Positions 18,281-28,568 of a stretch of 64,000 bases of DNA are shown here, piece after piece. The notes under the pieces were generated by a model. That model was not told the DNA's origin. It ran no database searches and saw only the letters and a program-made list of their open reading frames with translations. How positions within the stretch are numbered: the stretch's first letter is position 1; each line of letters begins with the position of its first letter. The stretch covers positions 870,939-934,938 of the forward strand of contig OZ220497.1 in assembly GCA_965116245.1 (NCBI GenBank), in the 5' to 3' direction. Source of the stretch: Acidimicrobiales bacterium. GTDB lineage: Bacteria > Actinomycetota > Acidimicrobiia > Acidimicrobiales > Poriferisodalaceae. The position numbers were made by a program, and so were the translations under genes.

Positions 18281-19327
18281 ATGAAGCTCAGCCTGATGAC
18301 CCTCGGTGATCGTCTGCCAGACCCAGTCACCGGCAGGACGATGACGCCGAAAGAGCGCTACGACATGTTGCTCGACTCGGCTGTCCTGGCCGACGCGCTC
18401 GGCTTTCACGGCATCAACCTCGGCGAGCATCATGGCCTGGGCTACGAACTGTCGGCCCCACCGGTGGTGCTAGGCGCAATTGCAACCCAGACCACCCAGC
18501 TCCGCCTGTCGACGGCTGTCGCGCTGCTCGCCAACCTCGATGCCTTTCGCTTGGCCGAGGACTACGCCACCGTTGACGTGATCTCGAACGGCCGGGTCGA
18601 CATCGTCGTCGGGCGTGGCAACTTCTTCGCTTCCACCTATGAGCTCTTCGGCCAGAACGTCGACGAGTCTCGGGCTCGGTTCGACGAGAACCTAGACCTG
18701 GTCTGCCGGCTGTGGAGCGGCGAGGAGACCCACTGGCAGGGCGAGTTCCGGCCGCCGATCAACGGCGAGCCGCTGATGCCCAAGCCACTTCAGCAGGGCA
18801 CCCCACCGATCTGGGTCGGAGGCGGCAGCTCCGAGGACACGGCCCGCATCACCGGCCAGCTTGGCCTCAAACTCATGCTGCCCAGCGCGTTTGGGCCCCC
18901 AGAGAAGTTCCGCGGAGCCGTTGACGTCTACCTCGAGGCCTTCTCCGACGCTGGCCACCACCACGAGCCCGAGGTCGGCGCGAGCTGGCATCTCAACGTC
19001 GCCAAGACAAGCCAGGAAGCACGTGCGCGCTGGGAGCCGCGCTATCGCTGCTACCACGCGTGGACCCAAGACCTCCTGAAGAAGGTGAACCCCAACGTTC
19101 CCGACTACCTGCTGAGGGGGTTCGATTACGAGTGGCTCTGTGCCAGCGGCCCCGCCGTGGTCGGAAGCCCCGCGGAGACCGCCGAGAGGCTCCACAAGCT
19201 CGGCGACATGCTTGGCGCGTCGCTCCACCTCTGCTACGTCGACATGGGTGGGCTGCCCGCTGGCGAATACCTCGAGATGGTGCAGCTACTGGGCGACGAA
19301 GTCCTGCCAGCTCTCGCCGACAAGTAG
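18281..19327 (+). CDS. LLM-class (luciferase-like) flavin-dependent oxidoreductase
   Basis: Contains MKLSLMTLGD...LGFHGINLGEHHG...VVGRGNF. Confidence 0.85.
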   Translation: MKLSLMTLGDRLPDPVTGRTMTPKERYDMLLDSAVLADALGFHGINLGEHHGLGYELSAPPVVLGAIATQTTQLRLSTAVALLANLDAFRLAEDYATVDVISNGRVDIVVGRGNFFASTYELFGQNVDESRARFDENLDLVCRLWSGEETHWQGEFRPPINGEPLMPKPLQQGTPPIWVGGGSSEDTARITGQLGLKLMLPSAFGPPEKFRGAVDVYLEAFSDAGHHHEPEVGASWHLNVAKTSQEARARWEPRYRCYHAWTQDLLKKVNPNVPDYLLRGFDYEWLCASGPAVVGSPAETAERLHKLGDMLGASLHLCYVDMGGLPAGEYLEMVQLLGDEVLPALADK

Positions 19328-19359
19328 CGGGCAAGTCAAACGAGCCGGACGGGGACACA

Positions 19360-21117
19360 ATGGGGGCAATCGACAACTGGGAGACGCTGGATCCCGGCGG
19401 GCTTCACTGGGAACGCGAGGACGTGCATTGGCCCGGCAGGCTCTCGCGCTGGTGCAGCCGCATTATGGTGCGCGACTACGCACGAGGTATCGAAGAACTC
19501 GCCCGAGACCGGGGCTGGCTTATCCAAGGCGTCGGGATACGTGAGGTTGACGGGTGTGTCTACTTCGGTGTCATCCCGATAGGCGGGCGAAACCTGCCAC
19601 AGCCACCGCGATGGCTCGCGCGGATCATCATGCCGCTTGCGCTCAAGGCCATCCCCGAATTCCGTCGGCGGGTGAAGGCGCTCAACCGGGACTACGACAC
19701 CAACTACTGGGCTGGCGTCATCGACGAGTGGACGAGCGAACGCGAGTCGGAGCTGCTCGCCGAAGCAGACCGGCTGCTATCGGCGAATCTCCACGATCTC
19801 ACCGATACCGACCTCGCGAACCTGGCAATCGAGGCGATGGACCACGCGGGCGCATGCATGAAGGAACACTTCCATCTGCACGGCGCCGGGATCCACGCGA
19901 TCTCGATCCTTGGGCGTGAGCTGACCGCACACCACGGGTTCAGCACGGCGGAGTTCGCCGGGCTCTTTGTCGGCCTGAGTGATGCCACAACGGGCCCTGC
20001 CGCTGCCCAACAGAAGATCGTGGATCGCGTACGCGACGCGTCCGCCGAAGATCAGCTACGCCAAGCGGCGACGCTCGATGATGTACGCGGCATCGGCCCC
20101 GCAGTGGGCGATGCGCTCGACGAGTATCTCACCTTCTGGGGTTGTCGAGCGATCCGTTACCAGGTGGCCTTCCCCACTGTCGGCGAGCGACCGGACTGGA
20201 TCCTGTCGGCGCTGCGAACCCAACTCAACAGCCCTTCGGGCACCCCGGACCACAAGAAGCGACAAACGAGACAGCGACAGGAGGCCGAGACCCGAGTCCT
20301 CGCGGCCCTCGGCGACACGGCATCCACCAGGGCGCGCATCTCCCTCGCACAAAAGGCAGCACCGATTCGCGAGGGAAACGAGACCGCGACCGTGGCGCTT
20401 CCCGCCGCCGCGGCTCGATTCATCGGCCTCGAGATGGGCAGGCGCCTAGTCGACCGGGGAGAGCTTGAGGCGCCTGATCATGTGTTCGACCTGGAGGTCG
20501 AGGAAGTCGCCGCCCTGTTGACATCCGGCCCAGAGAGTCCTACCGTGCCGGACAACGCCCGAGAACTCGCAGCGACACGCTACGACCATCGAACGTCAGA
20601 TGCCTCCGAACCGCCGCGCGAGTTCGGCAGGCCCGTTGAGCCACCAGACGTTGAGTTCTTCCCGCCGAGGGTCGCGGAAACGATGGGCGCCCTCCTCTGG
20701 CTCGTCGAAAAGGGCGGCGCTGGCGCGGAGGCGTCAGATGACGGTGATGCAGCCGCCGCCGCGGCAGCCGCCGCCGTGGAGACCGAGCCGGGCGCGCTCC
20801 GGCTCGATGGTGTTGCTGCATCCACCGGCATCTATGAGGGTCCTGCACGAATCATTGGGGGCGAGCACGACTTCGACAAATTGGAGGATGGCGATGTCAT
20901 GGTGTGTCCGATCACCTCGCCGATCTGGTCGATGCTCTTCCCCAAGATCGGCGCATTGGTGTGTGATGCGGGCGGTCCGATGAGCCATCCCGCGATCGTC
21001 GCTCGCGAGTTCGGCATTCCAGCCGTGCTCAACGTGCGGACGGCCACCGAGACGATTCAGGACGGTCAGCTTCTGCGAGTCGATGGCGACAACGGGATTG
21101 TGCTCGCCGTCGACTGA
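19360..21117 (+). CDS. PEP-utiliser swivel-His domain protein with a ~450-aa helical N-terminal region and no ATP-grasp
   Basis: The C-terminus is DGDVMVCPITSPIWSMLFPKIGALVCDAGGPMSHPAIVAREFGIPAV. ATG 19360 lies 32 nt after the LLM stop. Confidence 0.8.
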   Translation: MGAIDNWETLDPGGLHWEREDVHWPGRLSRWCSRIMVRDYARGIEELARDRGWLIQGVGIREVDGCVYFGVIPIGGRNLPQPPRWLARIIMPLALKAIPEFRRRVKALNRDYDTNYWAGVIDEWTSERESELLAEADRLLSANLHDLTDTDLANLAIEAMDHAGACMKEHFHLHGAGIHAISILGRELTAHHGFSTAEFAGLFVGLSDATTGPAAAQQKIVDRVRDASAEDQLRQAATLDDVRGIGPAVGDALDEYLTFWGCRAIRYQVAFPTVGERPDWILSALRTQLNSPSGTPDHKKRQTRQRQEAETRVLAALGDTASTRARISLAQKAAPIREGNETATVALPAAAARFIGLEMGRRLVDRGELEAPDHVFDLEVEEVAALLTSGPESPTVPDNARELAATRYDHRTSDASEPPREFGRPVEPPDVEFFPPRVAETMGALLWLVEKGGAGAEASDDGDAAAAAAAAAVETEPGALRLDGVAASTGIYEGPARIIGGEHDFDKLEDGDVMVCPITSPIWSMLFPKIGALVCDAGGPMSHPAIVAREFGIPAVLNVRTATETIQDGQLLRVDGDNGIVLAVD

Positions 21118-21129
21118 CCCGGCGGCCAG

Positions 21130-21396
21130 CTACCTGGCGAGCGCCACCGTGTGGCGCTCTGTTAACACCTCCATCCCCCACCGACCATTCTCCACGCCAA
21201 CGCCACTCGACTTGACCCCACTGAAGGGCTGATCCACGGCAGCGACAGCGCGTGCGTTAATCCACGTCATGCCAGCATCCAGACGCGACGCCAGCGCGGC
21301 AGCTTGTGCTGGATCAGCGGACCAAATCGAGGAATCAAGCCCGTAGTCGGTAGTGTGGTCATGCGGACGCTCCCCGAGTGAGGAAGCCGCGATCAC
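21130..21396 (-). pseudogene. aldehyde dehydrogenase C-terminal remnant (about 80 aa only)
   Basis: YGLDSSIWSADPAQAAALASRLDAGMTWINA...PFSGVKSSGVGVENGRWGMEVLTERHTV matches the ALDH C-terminus. The upstream ~400 codons are missing, and that space is occupied by the hydrolase gene in another frame. Confidence 0.7.
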
Positions 21397-22540
21397 TCAT
21401 CCACGAGCCGATATGGCCGAGGGCTTCTGCGAGATGAACACGGCCATCGGGACCAGCAAAGTAGTGGCTGGCGTGAGCCACGATGTAGCTCGCGAAGTCC
21501 GAGGCTGCGATAGCAGCTTCGATCTGTGCTGTGTGTTCCACCGGGCACGCGTCGTCGGCGCCAGCCGTGATGAGCAACGTTGGGATCTGGATCCGCGGCC
21601 CCGAGTCCACGATGTCAACCTGCGCGTCGTCGTAGCTCCACTGACTGAGCCAGCTCCGAAGCGATGTGAATCGCCCGAGCCCAGCCGGTGAGTTGTTGAC
21701 CACTCCAGGCTCGCCCATGTAGGTCATGTTTGGCTTTCGGTCATTCGGATCCACGGTGACATCGAGCCAGCGAGGATCCGCCATCGTGCCGTGGACCACG
21801 AAGCTTCGCTCCTCGGCGAAGCGCTCTTCCTCGGCCAATGCGGCGAGCTGCTCTTTGACCCAGGACGTGATCCGGCGGTTCCTTTGTAGCTGCGCTTCAC
21901 GATACTCCGCCACAAACCCATCACTGTATGGCGGCTGAGCGGGGTTCTTCGGATCGTAGAGATCAAACTCGGCTCGACGATGCGACTCGGGGCGCTGCTC
22001 GTCGGTGATCGAGGCGTCGAGCTGACCGGTCAGGAGATGGTGGCGGCTGCGATGTGTGGCCATGAGAAGCAGGCCGTCGACGGGCAGGAGCTCGACATCG
22101 ACCAGCGGGGTCGGCTCGCCGGAGGCGGCCGCCGAGATCACCCGTTGGGTGCTCTCCGCGACGTAGCCAGCCATCACGGCACCACCGCCGCTCCAGCCCG
22201 CGAGGACGACCTTTTCGTAGCCAAGACGCTCCCGGGTGTCTCGAACGCAAGCCGCGAGATCGACCAATACGTTCTCCATTTGCAGGGAGGCGTCACCGGT
22301 CGAATACCGGGTGGCGCACGCGACCACGTCGAACCCGGACCGTCCAAGCTGCGAAAACATCGGCAGATAACCGGGAGCTGCGATCGGGTGCATGCCGATG
22401 ATGGCTGTATCGGCCAGGGTCTCCCCTCGAAGGTGCTGTGCCTGGAGCACCACGTTGTTGCCAATCGAGCCGTAAACATCCTTGCGCGCTGACTGCTCGG
22501 TATGGACGATCAGGTATGGCTCCCGGTTGTACTTCGACAC
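21359..22540 (-). CDS. alpha/beta-hydrolase fold protein
   Basis: 393 aa with a GWSGG nucleophile elbow. GTG start. Confidence 0.7.
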   Translation of the reverse strand: MSKYNREPYLIVHTEQSARKDVYGSIGNNVVLQAQHLRGETLADTAIIGMHPIAAPGYLPMFSQLGRSGFDVVACATRYSTGDASLQMENVLVDLAACVRDTRERLGYEKVVLAGWSGGGAVMAGYVAESTQRVISAAASGEPTPLVDVELLPVDGLLLMATHRSRHHLLTGQLDASITDEQRPESHRRAEFDLYDPKNPAQPPYSDGFVAEYREAQLQRNRRITSWVKEQLAALAEEERFAEERSFVVHGTMADPRWLDVTVDPNDRKPNMTYMGEPGVVNNSPAGLGRFTSLRSWLSQWSYDDAQVDIVDSGPRIQIPTLLITAGADDACPVEHTAQIEAAIAASDFASYIVAHASHYFAGPDGRVHLAEALGHIGSWMSDRGFLTRGASA

Positions 22541-22655
22541 GATGTCCTACTCCTGTCTCGACATCACAATCCACTTACCATACACTGTTTGATTAATGGG
22601 GGTTTCTGACAGGGTTGGCAAGATGGCAAAGGCGCTGTCGCGCGAGCGCCAGCAC

Positions 22656-24857
22656 ATGCCGATTCACTACTCATTCACGGAGCCGTCGGCAGTCAGCCGA
22701 CAAGAACGGCGCGCCCTCCTCGGCGGCAAGGGTGCTGGCCTCGCTGACATGGCCCAGCGAGGCCTCCCGGTACCCCAGGGGTTCACGCTGACCACCGAGG
22801 CATGCCGTGCCTACCGCGCCTCAGGCTGGTCCACTGTTCACGAGACCGCGGTAAACGAAGGTCTCGGCAAGCTCGAAGAGCAGTCCTCGCGGAAACTCGG
22901 CTTCCGCGATCGCCCGCTACTCGTGAGCGTCCGGTCCGGGGCAGAGATCTCCATGCCAGGAATGATGGACACCGTGCTCAACGTGGGCATGAACGACGAG
23001 GTCGAGGCCGCGCTCGCTGCCGAGACCGGCGATCCGGAGTTCGCAGCCGATGCTCATCGACGCTTCGTGCTGGCGTACGCGGAAATCGTGGAGGGCGCGC
23101 CGGGCGATGTGCTCGCCGCCGTAGCCACCGCGTATCCCGCTGCAACGGCCCAAGAGCTGCGGAACTCACTCACTGACTCCGGCTACACAGTCCCGAAGGA
23201 TCCGGCTCGCCAACTCACCGAGGCCATCAAGGCCGTCTTCAGTTCCTGGGATACCCCAAGAGCCATCGCTTACCGTCAACATGAAGGCATTGCTGCGGAT
23301 CTCGGGACTGCGTGCTCGATCCAGCGGATGGTCTTTGGCAATCTCGGTTCCGACTCCGGTACCGGGGTCGCCTTCACCCGCCACCCTTCGACGGGCGAGC
23401 CCGGCCTTACCGGCGACCTCCTCGTCGGCGCCCAAGGCGAGGACGTCGTCTCAGGCGCACATCAGACACAGGCCCTGGACACGATGGCAACCATCTGGCC
23501 AGCGGCCTATGACCAGCTCGCCCAGCTCGCCAACGAACTCGAGCACGACTACCGCGACATGGTCGACATTGAGTTCACCGTCGAGAAGGGCATGCTCTGG
23601 CTCCTGCAGTCCCGCGTCGGCAAGCGCAGTCCAGCAGCGGTGTTCAGAACCGCGTTGGACATGGCGGAGGACCCGTCCTTCCCGCTCGACCGAGACGAGG
23701 CCGTCGAGCGATGCCGCTCCCTGTTCAACAACCCGCCGATGCGCACCTCGACCCCCACGGATCCAGGTTCGACGCACGAGGTGATCGCCGCTGGCCTCCC
23801 TGCGTCGCCCGGCCGAGTTTCGGGCGCACTCCACACTGACATTGAGCGAGCAATCCGCGAGGCCGAAGCGGGCAATGCCGTCATCCTGGCTCGACCAGAG
23901 ACCTCGCCGCGGGATGTCCACGGAATGACAGCCGCCAGCGGTCTGTTGACAACCCTGGGTGGCACGGTGAGCCACGCGGCCGTCGTCGCCCGTTCCTGGG
24001 GGCTGCCAGCTGTCGTCGGAGCGGACGATGTCGACGTCACCGACACCGGGATCACCTGTTCCGGTCGACACATCGAGATCGGGACAACCGTCACCATCGA
24101 CGGGACCTCAGGCGAATTGCTGCTTGGCGCACATGATGGCGATCTCGTCCACCTCCCGGAGGTCGCGACCATCAAGAGGTGGGCCCAGGAAGGGACGACC
24201 CGAGACTCGGACCAGGTTGACCTCGCCGAGAGCGACCAGCCCGAGTTCGAACCGGCCCTTCGCCTCCTCGCGATCAAGGGCGCTGCGACGGTGACGGTCC
24301 TCGCCGACGCCCTCGCTGCCACCGAGGCGGCCACTGCGACCGTCTTGGGCAAAGCCGAAGCGAACAGTCTGGCGACCGAGAGCGCGGGCACGTGGAAGCT
24401 GACCGAGAATGCCGCCCACGTCATCGCCTCGATAGCCGGATCACCGAGCGACGCGGAGCGAGAAGCGCTTGGCGCGATCCTCGACCGGTTCCATGGACCC
24501 AACCTGGAACTAAAAGCCCTCGTGACCCAATGGCAGATGCGCACGATCGACGACGAGGCCGTGGTCAACGACCACTCGGACTCTGCCTATGACCAATCGC
24601 TCATCGGCACGCTTCGTGACGACGTCCACCCGGCTGTGACCGCCATTGTCGAGGAAACTGCAGCGCTCACCGACCACATGGCGGACTACTCGAGACGGTT
24701 AGATCGGGCCCTCTTGCGACTTGAGCAGGGCGACCGCAGTTACATGGCACACCCGCTTCTCGACTCGTATCACACGGTCTGGTTCGAGCTCCATGAAGAA
24801 CTCATCCGTCTAGCCGGGCGCACCCGACGCGACGAAGCGGAGGCTGGCCGTGCCTAA
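22656..24857 (+). CDS. pyruvate-phosphate-dikinase-like protein: ATP-grasp plus swivel-His, with the TIM-barrel domain replaced by a wHTH-like/helical C-terminus
   Basis: RRALLGGKGAGLADMAQRGLPVPQGFTLTTEAC is the PPDK N-terminus. TTLGGTVSHAAVVARSWGLPAVVG is the phosphohistidine motif. There is no PEP/pyruvate-binding region. Alternative starts are 22596 and 22623. Confidence 0.8.
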   Translation: MPIHYSFTEPSAVSRQERRALLGGKGAGLADMAQRGLPVPQGFTLTTEACRAYRASGWSTVHETAVNEGLGKLEEQSSRKLGFRDRPLLVSVRSGAEISMPGMMDTVLNVGMNDEVEAALAAETGDPEFAADAHRRFVLAYAEIVEGAPGDVLAAVATAYPAATAQELRNSLTDSGYTVPKDPARQLTEAIKAVFSSWDTPRAIAYRQHEGIAADLGTACSIQRMVFGNLGSDSGTGVAFTRHPSTGEPGLTGDLLVGAQGEDVVSGAHQTQALDTMATIWPAAYDQLAQLANELEHDYRDMVDIEFTVEKGMLWLLQSRVGKRSPAAVFRTALDMAEDPSFPLDRDEAVERCRSLFNNPPMRTSTPTDPGSTHEVIAAGLPASPGRVSGALHTDIERAIREAEAGNAVILARPETSPRDVHGMTAASGLLTTLGGTVSHAAVVARSWGLPAVVGADDVDVTDTGITCSGRHIEIGTTVTIDGTSGELLLGAHDGDLVHLPEVATIKRWAQEGTTRDSDQVDLAESDQPEFEPALRLLAIKGAATVTVLADALAATEAATATVLGKAEANSLATESAGTWKLTENAAHVIASIAGSPSDAEREALGAILDRFHGPNLELKALVTQWQMRTIDDEAVVNDHSDSAYDQSLIGTLRDDVHPAVTAIVEETAALTDHMADYSRRLDRALLRLEQGDRSYMAHPLLDSYHTVWFELHEELIRLAGRTRRDEAEAGRA

Positions 24858-26037
24858 TGAATCCGACAACACAGTTGGCGCGCTGGCCGGGCTACGCGTC
24901 CTTGAAGTCGGCCACCTCATTGCGGGCCCATTCTGTGGCCACCTGTTCGCCGACCACGGCGCTGAGGTGATCAAGATCGAGCCGCCAGGCGGTGACCCGA
25001 TGCGTCACTGGGGTCGGGACTATCGGGGCATCGGCTTGTATTGGCCGATCATCGCACGCGGGAAGAAGTCGGTCACGCTGGACCTTCGTACCGACGGTGA
25101 TCGGCAATCATTTCGTCAGTTGGCTCGGGGCGCCGACGTGGTTATCGAGAACATGAGGCCTGGGGTGATGGAACGTTGGGGCCTCGGGCCCGACGATCTT
25201 CGAACCCGTAACGAAAAGCTCATCATGGTTCGGATCAGTGGCTACGGCCAGACCGGCCCGTACTCGGACCAAGCGGGTTATGGGCTCGTCGCCGAGGCGA
25301 TGAGCGGATTCCGGCACCTGTCCGGAGAACTGGGCCGCGCTCCGGTTCGCGTCGGAATTTCCATCGGGGACTCGCTCGCGGCGACGCAGGGCTTCATCGG
25401 CGCCCTGATGGCGCTCTGGCGCAGAGATCGGCCGGGTGGCACCGCACACGGACAGGTCATTGACGTTGCGCTGTACGAGGCGATGTTCATGTACATGGAG
25501 TCGATTGCGGCGGAGTACGACAAACTGACCGAGATTCGCCAACCCGCTGGGCCCACCTTGCCAGGCATCGCTCCCTCGAACGCATACCCGACCGCGGACA
25601 AACAATGGGTCCTCATCGGAGCCAACCAGGACTCAGTCTTCGCTCGCCTCGCTTCGGCAATCGGCCGACCTGACTGGGCCGAACCGCCCTCGCCGTTCGT
25701 CAATCATGTCGGACGCGGTGCCGCGCAGGCTGAACTCGACGGACTGATCGCCGAGTGGACCGCCGCCCAATCTCTCGACGCCATCCTCGACCACATGGCC
25801 GCCGCGGGGGTCCCGGCAGGCCACCTCTACACGGCTGCAGACATCGTCGCGGACCCGCACTACGCCGCGCGCGAGATGCTGATCCACATCGACGAGCCGA
25901 ACCTGAACAACGAGTCCGTGTTGCACCCAGGTGTCGTCCCGAAGCTGAGCGGCACGCCCGGCCGGATCCGCCGAGGCGCACCGCTCTTGGGCGAACACAA
26001 CGACGAAATCCGAGCAGAACTGGAGGCAGTGGCATGA
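24850..26037 (+). CDS. family III (CaiB/BaiF) CoA-transferase
   Basis: Contains LRVLEVGHLIAGPFCGHLFADHGAEVIKIEPPGGDPMR. The GTG start overlaps the upstream stop by 8 nt. Confidence 0.9.
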   Translation: MPNESDNTVGALAGLRVLEVGHLIAGPFCGHLFADHGAEVIKIEPPGGDPMRHWGRDYRGIGLYWPIIARGKKSVTLDLRTDGDRQSFRQLARGADVVIENMRPGVMERWGLGPDDLRTRNEKLIMVRISGYGQTGPYSDQAGYGLVAEAMSGFRHLSGELGRAPVRVGISIGDSLAATQGFIGALMALWRRDRPGGTAHGQVIDVALYEAMFMYMESIAAEYDKLTEIRQPAGPTLPGIAPSNAYPTADKQWVLIGANQDSVFARLASAIGRPDWAEPPSPFVNHVGRGAAQAELDGLIAEWTAAQSLDAILDHMAAAGVPAGHLYTAADIVADPHYAAREMLIHIDEPNLNNESVLHPGVVPKLSGTPGRIRRGAPLLGEHNDEIRAELEAVA

Positions 26038-27554
26038 CCTCGGACACGATCGCCCATGACTGGGTCAACCATCACGCGAGTCGCACTCCTGACAACGTCG
26101 CCCTCGTCGATGCCGACAGTGGAGAGATGTGGACTTGGGAGCGACTGAATGATCGCGTGGGGCGCCTCGCGGCCGCACTGAGACAGGCCGGGGTGCAACG
26201 CGGAGAACGGGTAGCCGTGCTGGCCGACACCTACCCCGGCATCTTCGAGATCCAGTTCGCTTGCTTTCGCCTGGGCGCCATCTTCGTGCCGCTCAATTGG
26301 CGGCTCCAGGTCGACGAACTCGTGACCATCTGCGCCGACGCCGCGCCAGTCGCCATGATCCACGACGAGGTGTGGGCTGAGCGGACCCAAGAGGTCCTCA
26401 CCCGCTCCCCCGTCGACCTCGTCTTCGACACCGCCGGGCTGGACGAGCTTCTCGCGGCGCACCAGCCGATGCCGCCCGGGACGGACAACACCATGGCAAC
26501 TCCGTGCCAGCTTTTGTACACCTCGGGAACGACGGGCCTCCCGAAGGGTGTGATCTGCACCTTCGGCACGCTGACGTGGAACATGGTGAATGGCGTCCAA
26601 CCGAAAGGGCTTACAGCCGCTGGCGTCAATGTCTATAACCCTCTCCCGCTCTTCCATGCTGGCGGGCTCAACTCGATGGCGAACCCCGCGCTGATGAACG
26701 GCGCGTGCGTCACAACGGCCGCTCGCTTCGACCCGGCCGCGGCGCTCGCCGCCATGACAGATCCCGACAACCCTGCCACCCACATCGCAGCCGTGCCCGT
26801 CATCTACCAAGAGATCGCCGCCTTGCCGGAGTTCCCCGATGCCGACCTGTCAGCGGTTCGCATCGCGGTCGTTGGTGGCGGGGCTGCGTCGGCCGATCTC
26901 GTCAAGGCATTCTTAGCAAAGGGCGTCAAGCTCGAAGCCCACTACGGCAGCACCGAGCTCGGGCCCGCGACCCTGGCGATCTCCCCACCGGACCCCGACC
27001 TGATGCTCACTGGCTCTGTCGGCCGTCCGGTGCTGCACCAGGCCGTCCGCCTCGTGGACGACAGCGGGAACGACGTCGACGACGGTGCCATCGGCGAGAT
27101 TTGGGTGAAGGGGCCCAGCGTCACACCCGGCTACTGGGGTCTTGACAACGCCGAGTTCTTCAGCGACGGCTGGTTCAAGACCGGGGACATGGCATGGAAA
27201 GACGAAGCGGGCAACTACTTCCTCGCTGATCGCGCCAAGGACATGTACAAGTCTGGCGGCGAGAACATTTACCCCTCGGAGGTCGAGCGACTCGTTCTCG
27301 ACTCCCCAGCGGTGGCAGAAGTCGCCATCATCGGGATCCCCGACGAGAAATGGGGTGAGGTCGGTCTTGCCATCGTGGTCGCGGCACCCGGTTCGGCACC
27401 CACGCTGGCCGACATCCACGAGGCCATCGGCGACCGAGTCGCCCGATACAAACTGCCGCACGCGCTCGAACTCGTCGATGAGCTGCCTCGTAACGTCACA
27501 GGCAAGGTGGCCAAGGTCGAGCTTCGGGAGCGCTATGTGAGAGCCGATCGGTAG
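26034..27554 (+). CDS. AMP-dependent acyl-CoA synthetase/ligase
   Basis: Has the LLYTSGTTGLPKGV AMP-binding motif. ATGA overlap with the CoA-transferase stop. Confidence 0.9.
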   Translation: MTSDTIAHDWVNHHASRTPDNVALVDADSGEMWTWERLNDRVGRLAAALRQAGVQRGERVAVLADTYPGIFEIQFACFRLGAIFVPLNWRLQVDELVTICADAAPVAMIHDEVWAERTQEVLTRSPVDLVFDTAGLDELLAAHQPMPPGTDNTMATPCQLLYTSGTTGLPKGVICTFGTLTWNMVNGVQPKGLTAAGVNVYNPLPLFHAGGLNSMANPALMNGACVTTAARFDPAAALAAMTDPDNPATHIAAVPVIYQEIAALPEFPDADLSAVRIAVVGGGAASADLVKAFLAKGVKLEAHYGSTELGPATLAISPPDPDLMLTGSVGRPVLHQAVRLVDDSGNDVDDGAIGEIWVKGPSVTPGYWGLDNAEFFSDGWFKTGDMAWKDEAGNYFLADRAKDMYKSGGENIYPSEVERLVLDSPAVAEVAIIGIPDEKWGEVGLAIVVAAPGSAPTLADIHEAIGDRVARYKLPHALELVDELPRNVTGKVAKVELRERYVRADR

Positions 27555-27698
27555 GTCCGCCGCTTACCGTGTCTGGCGGGTCGTGACCGGTCTCGCCCGA
27601 CGACGGGCCTGGATCGCCGACCGTCCGGGCGCCCCGGGTCACATCAATCACCTGGCCGAGCACACGACGGCACTGCGAAGCACGTTGTTCCACAAGGG

Positions 27699-28421
27699 CT
27701 ACGCGCGGGACAGCGTCGGTTCTCCGTTCGTCGCGTCAATGAGCGCCGCAAAGCCCGCGATGATCGATCGCGCCACGAGGTCGAACGTCTCGTCGTGGTC
27801 CATGCTCGCCTGACGGGCGAGCGCGAAGAGATGCGGGTAGTCCTCTTGCCAGTCGCGGGCATCGTCGGTGTCTTCGGCGGCATCGATCGGGCTGGCGTAC
27901 ATGACGGTGCCAATCGCCAACGCCTCGAGGCTCTCGAGCAACGGGAGAACAAGATCGCGGGTGACGCCTTGGACGGCGAGGAGCGCGGCTGTCGCGTTGT
28001 GTTCACGGAGGCCGATACGCATCGCGTGGCGTCGTACGAGCAACGGCATCAGATTTGGGTGCGCCAACAATGCGCGACGGAACTCGAGGAGGTTCGACAG
28101 CAGCCACTCCTGCCAGTCGGCAGCGGGATCTGTGGGCGTGCGCACTCCCTCGAGGGCAAGCGTCGCGACGCCGACCAGAATCTCGTCCTTGTTCCGGAAG
28201 TGGTGGTAGAGCGAGGCACCGTTGATGCCCAACTCCTCCGCCAAGCGGCGGATCGTCAGCGCTTCCAACCCTTCGCGGTCTGCGATCGCCAGTGCGACAT
28301 CCAGCGTCTTTCGCTGCGAGACCAGCGGAACTTTCGGTCGGGCCACGGGCTGCTCCTGGTCGTGGTGCGTTTGGTAACCAGGGTTCACGGTACCGCGCAG
28401 ACCACCGAAAGATACCTGCAT
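27699..28421 (-). CDS. TetR-family transcriptional regulator
   Basis: Contains LDVALAIADREGLEALTIRRLAEELGINGASLYHHFRNKDEIL. The start may be internal. Confidence 0.85.
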   Translation of the reverse strand: MQVSFGGLRGTVNPGYQTHHDQEQPVARPKVPLVSQRKTLDVALAIADREGLEALTIRRLAEELGINGASLYHHFRNKDEILVGVATLALEGVRTPTDPAADWQEWLLSNLLEFRRALLAHPNLMPLLVRRHAMRIGLREHNATAALLAVQGVTRDLVLPLLESLEALAIGTVMYASPIDAAEDTDDARDWQEDYPHLFALARQASMDHDETFDLVARSIIAGFAALIDATNGEPTLSRA

Positions 28422-28568
28422 CTCAACCCGCTGGCAGATTATCCATCGTTGTTTGATATAATAGCGGCGCGTGGTTGCTGACAGCGTTCGCGTTCGTGAT
28501 GTCGGACCCCGGGACGGGCTTCAGTCGGTTGCGCCCGATCTGAGCCTTGACGCGAAGCTTCGCTTGAG

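Noticed and set aside
23549-24568. Long antisense or out-of-frame ORFs: 23549..24568(-) 339 aa, 25860..26810(-) 316 aa, 42275..43465(-) 396 aa, 44768..45523(-) 251 aa, 232..855(-) 207 aa and 30344..30838(-) 164 aa.
   Set aside because: They overlap genes with clear family signatures. Their translations are Arg/Pro/Gly/Ser-rich with no motifs. This is typical shadow-ORF behaviour in high-GC DNA.
22656-24857. Annotating this gene as a genuine ppdK (pyruvate, phosphate dikinase).
   Set aside because: The C-terminal PEP/pyruvate TIM-barrel domain is absent, so the canonical reaction is unlikely.
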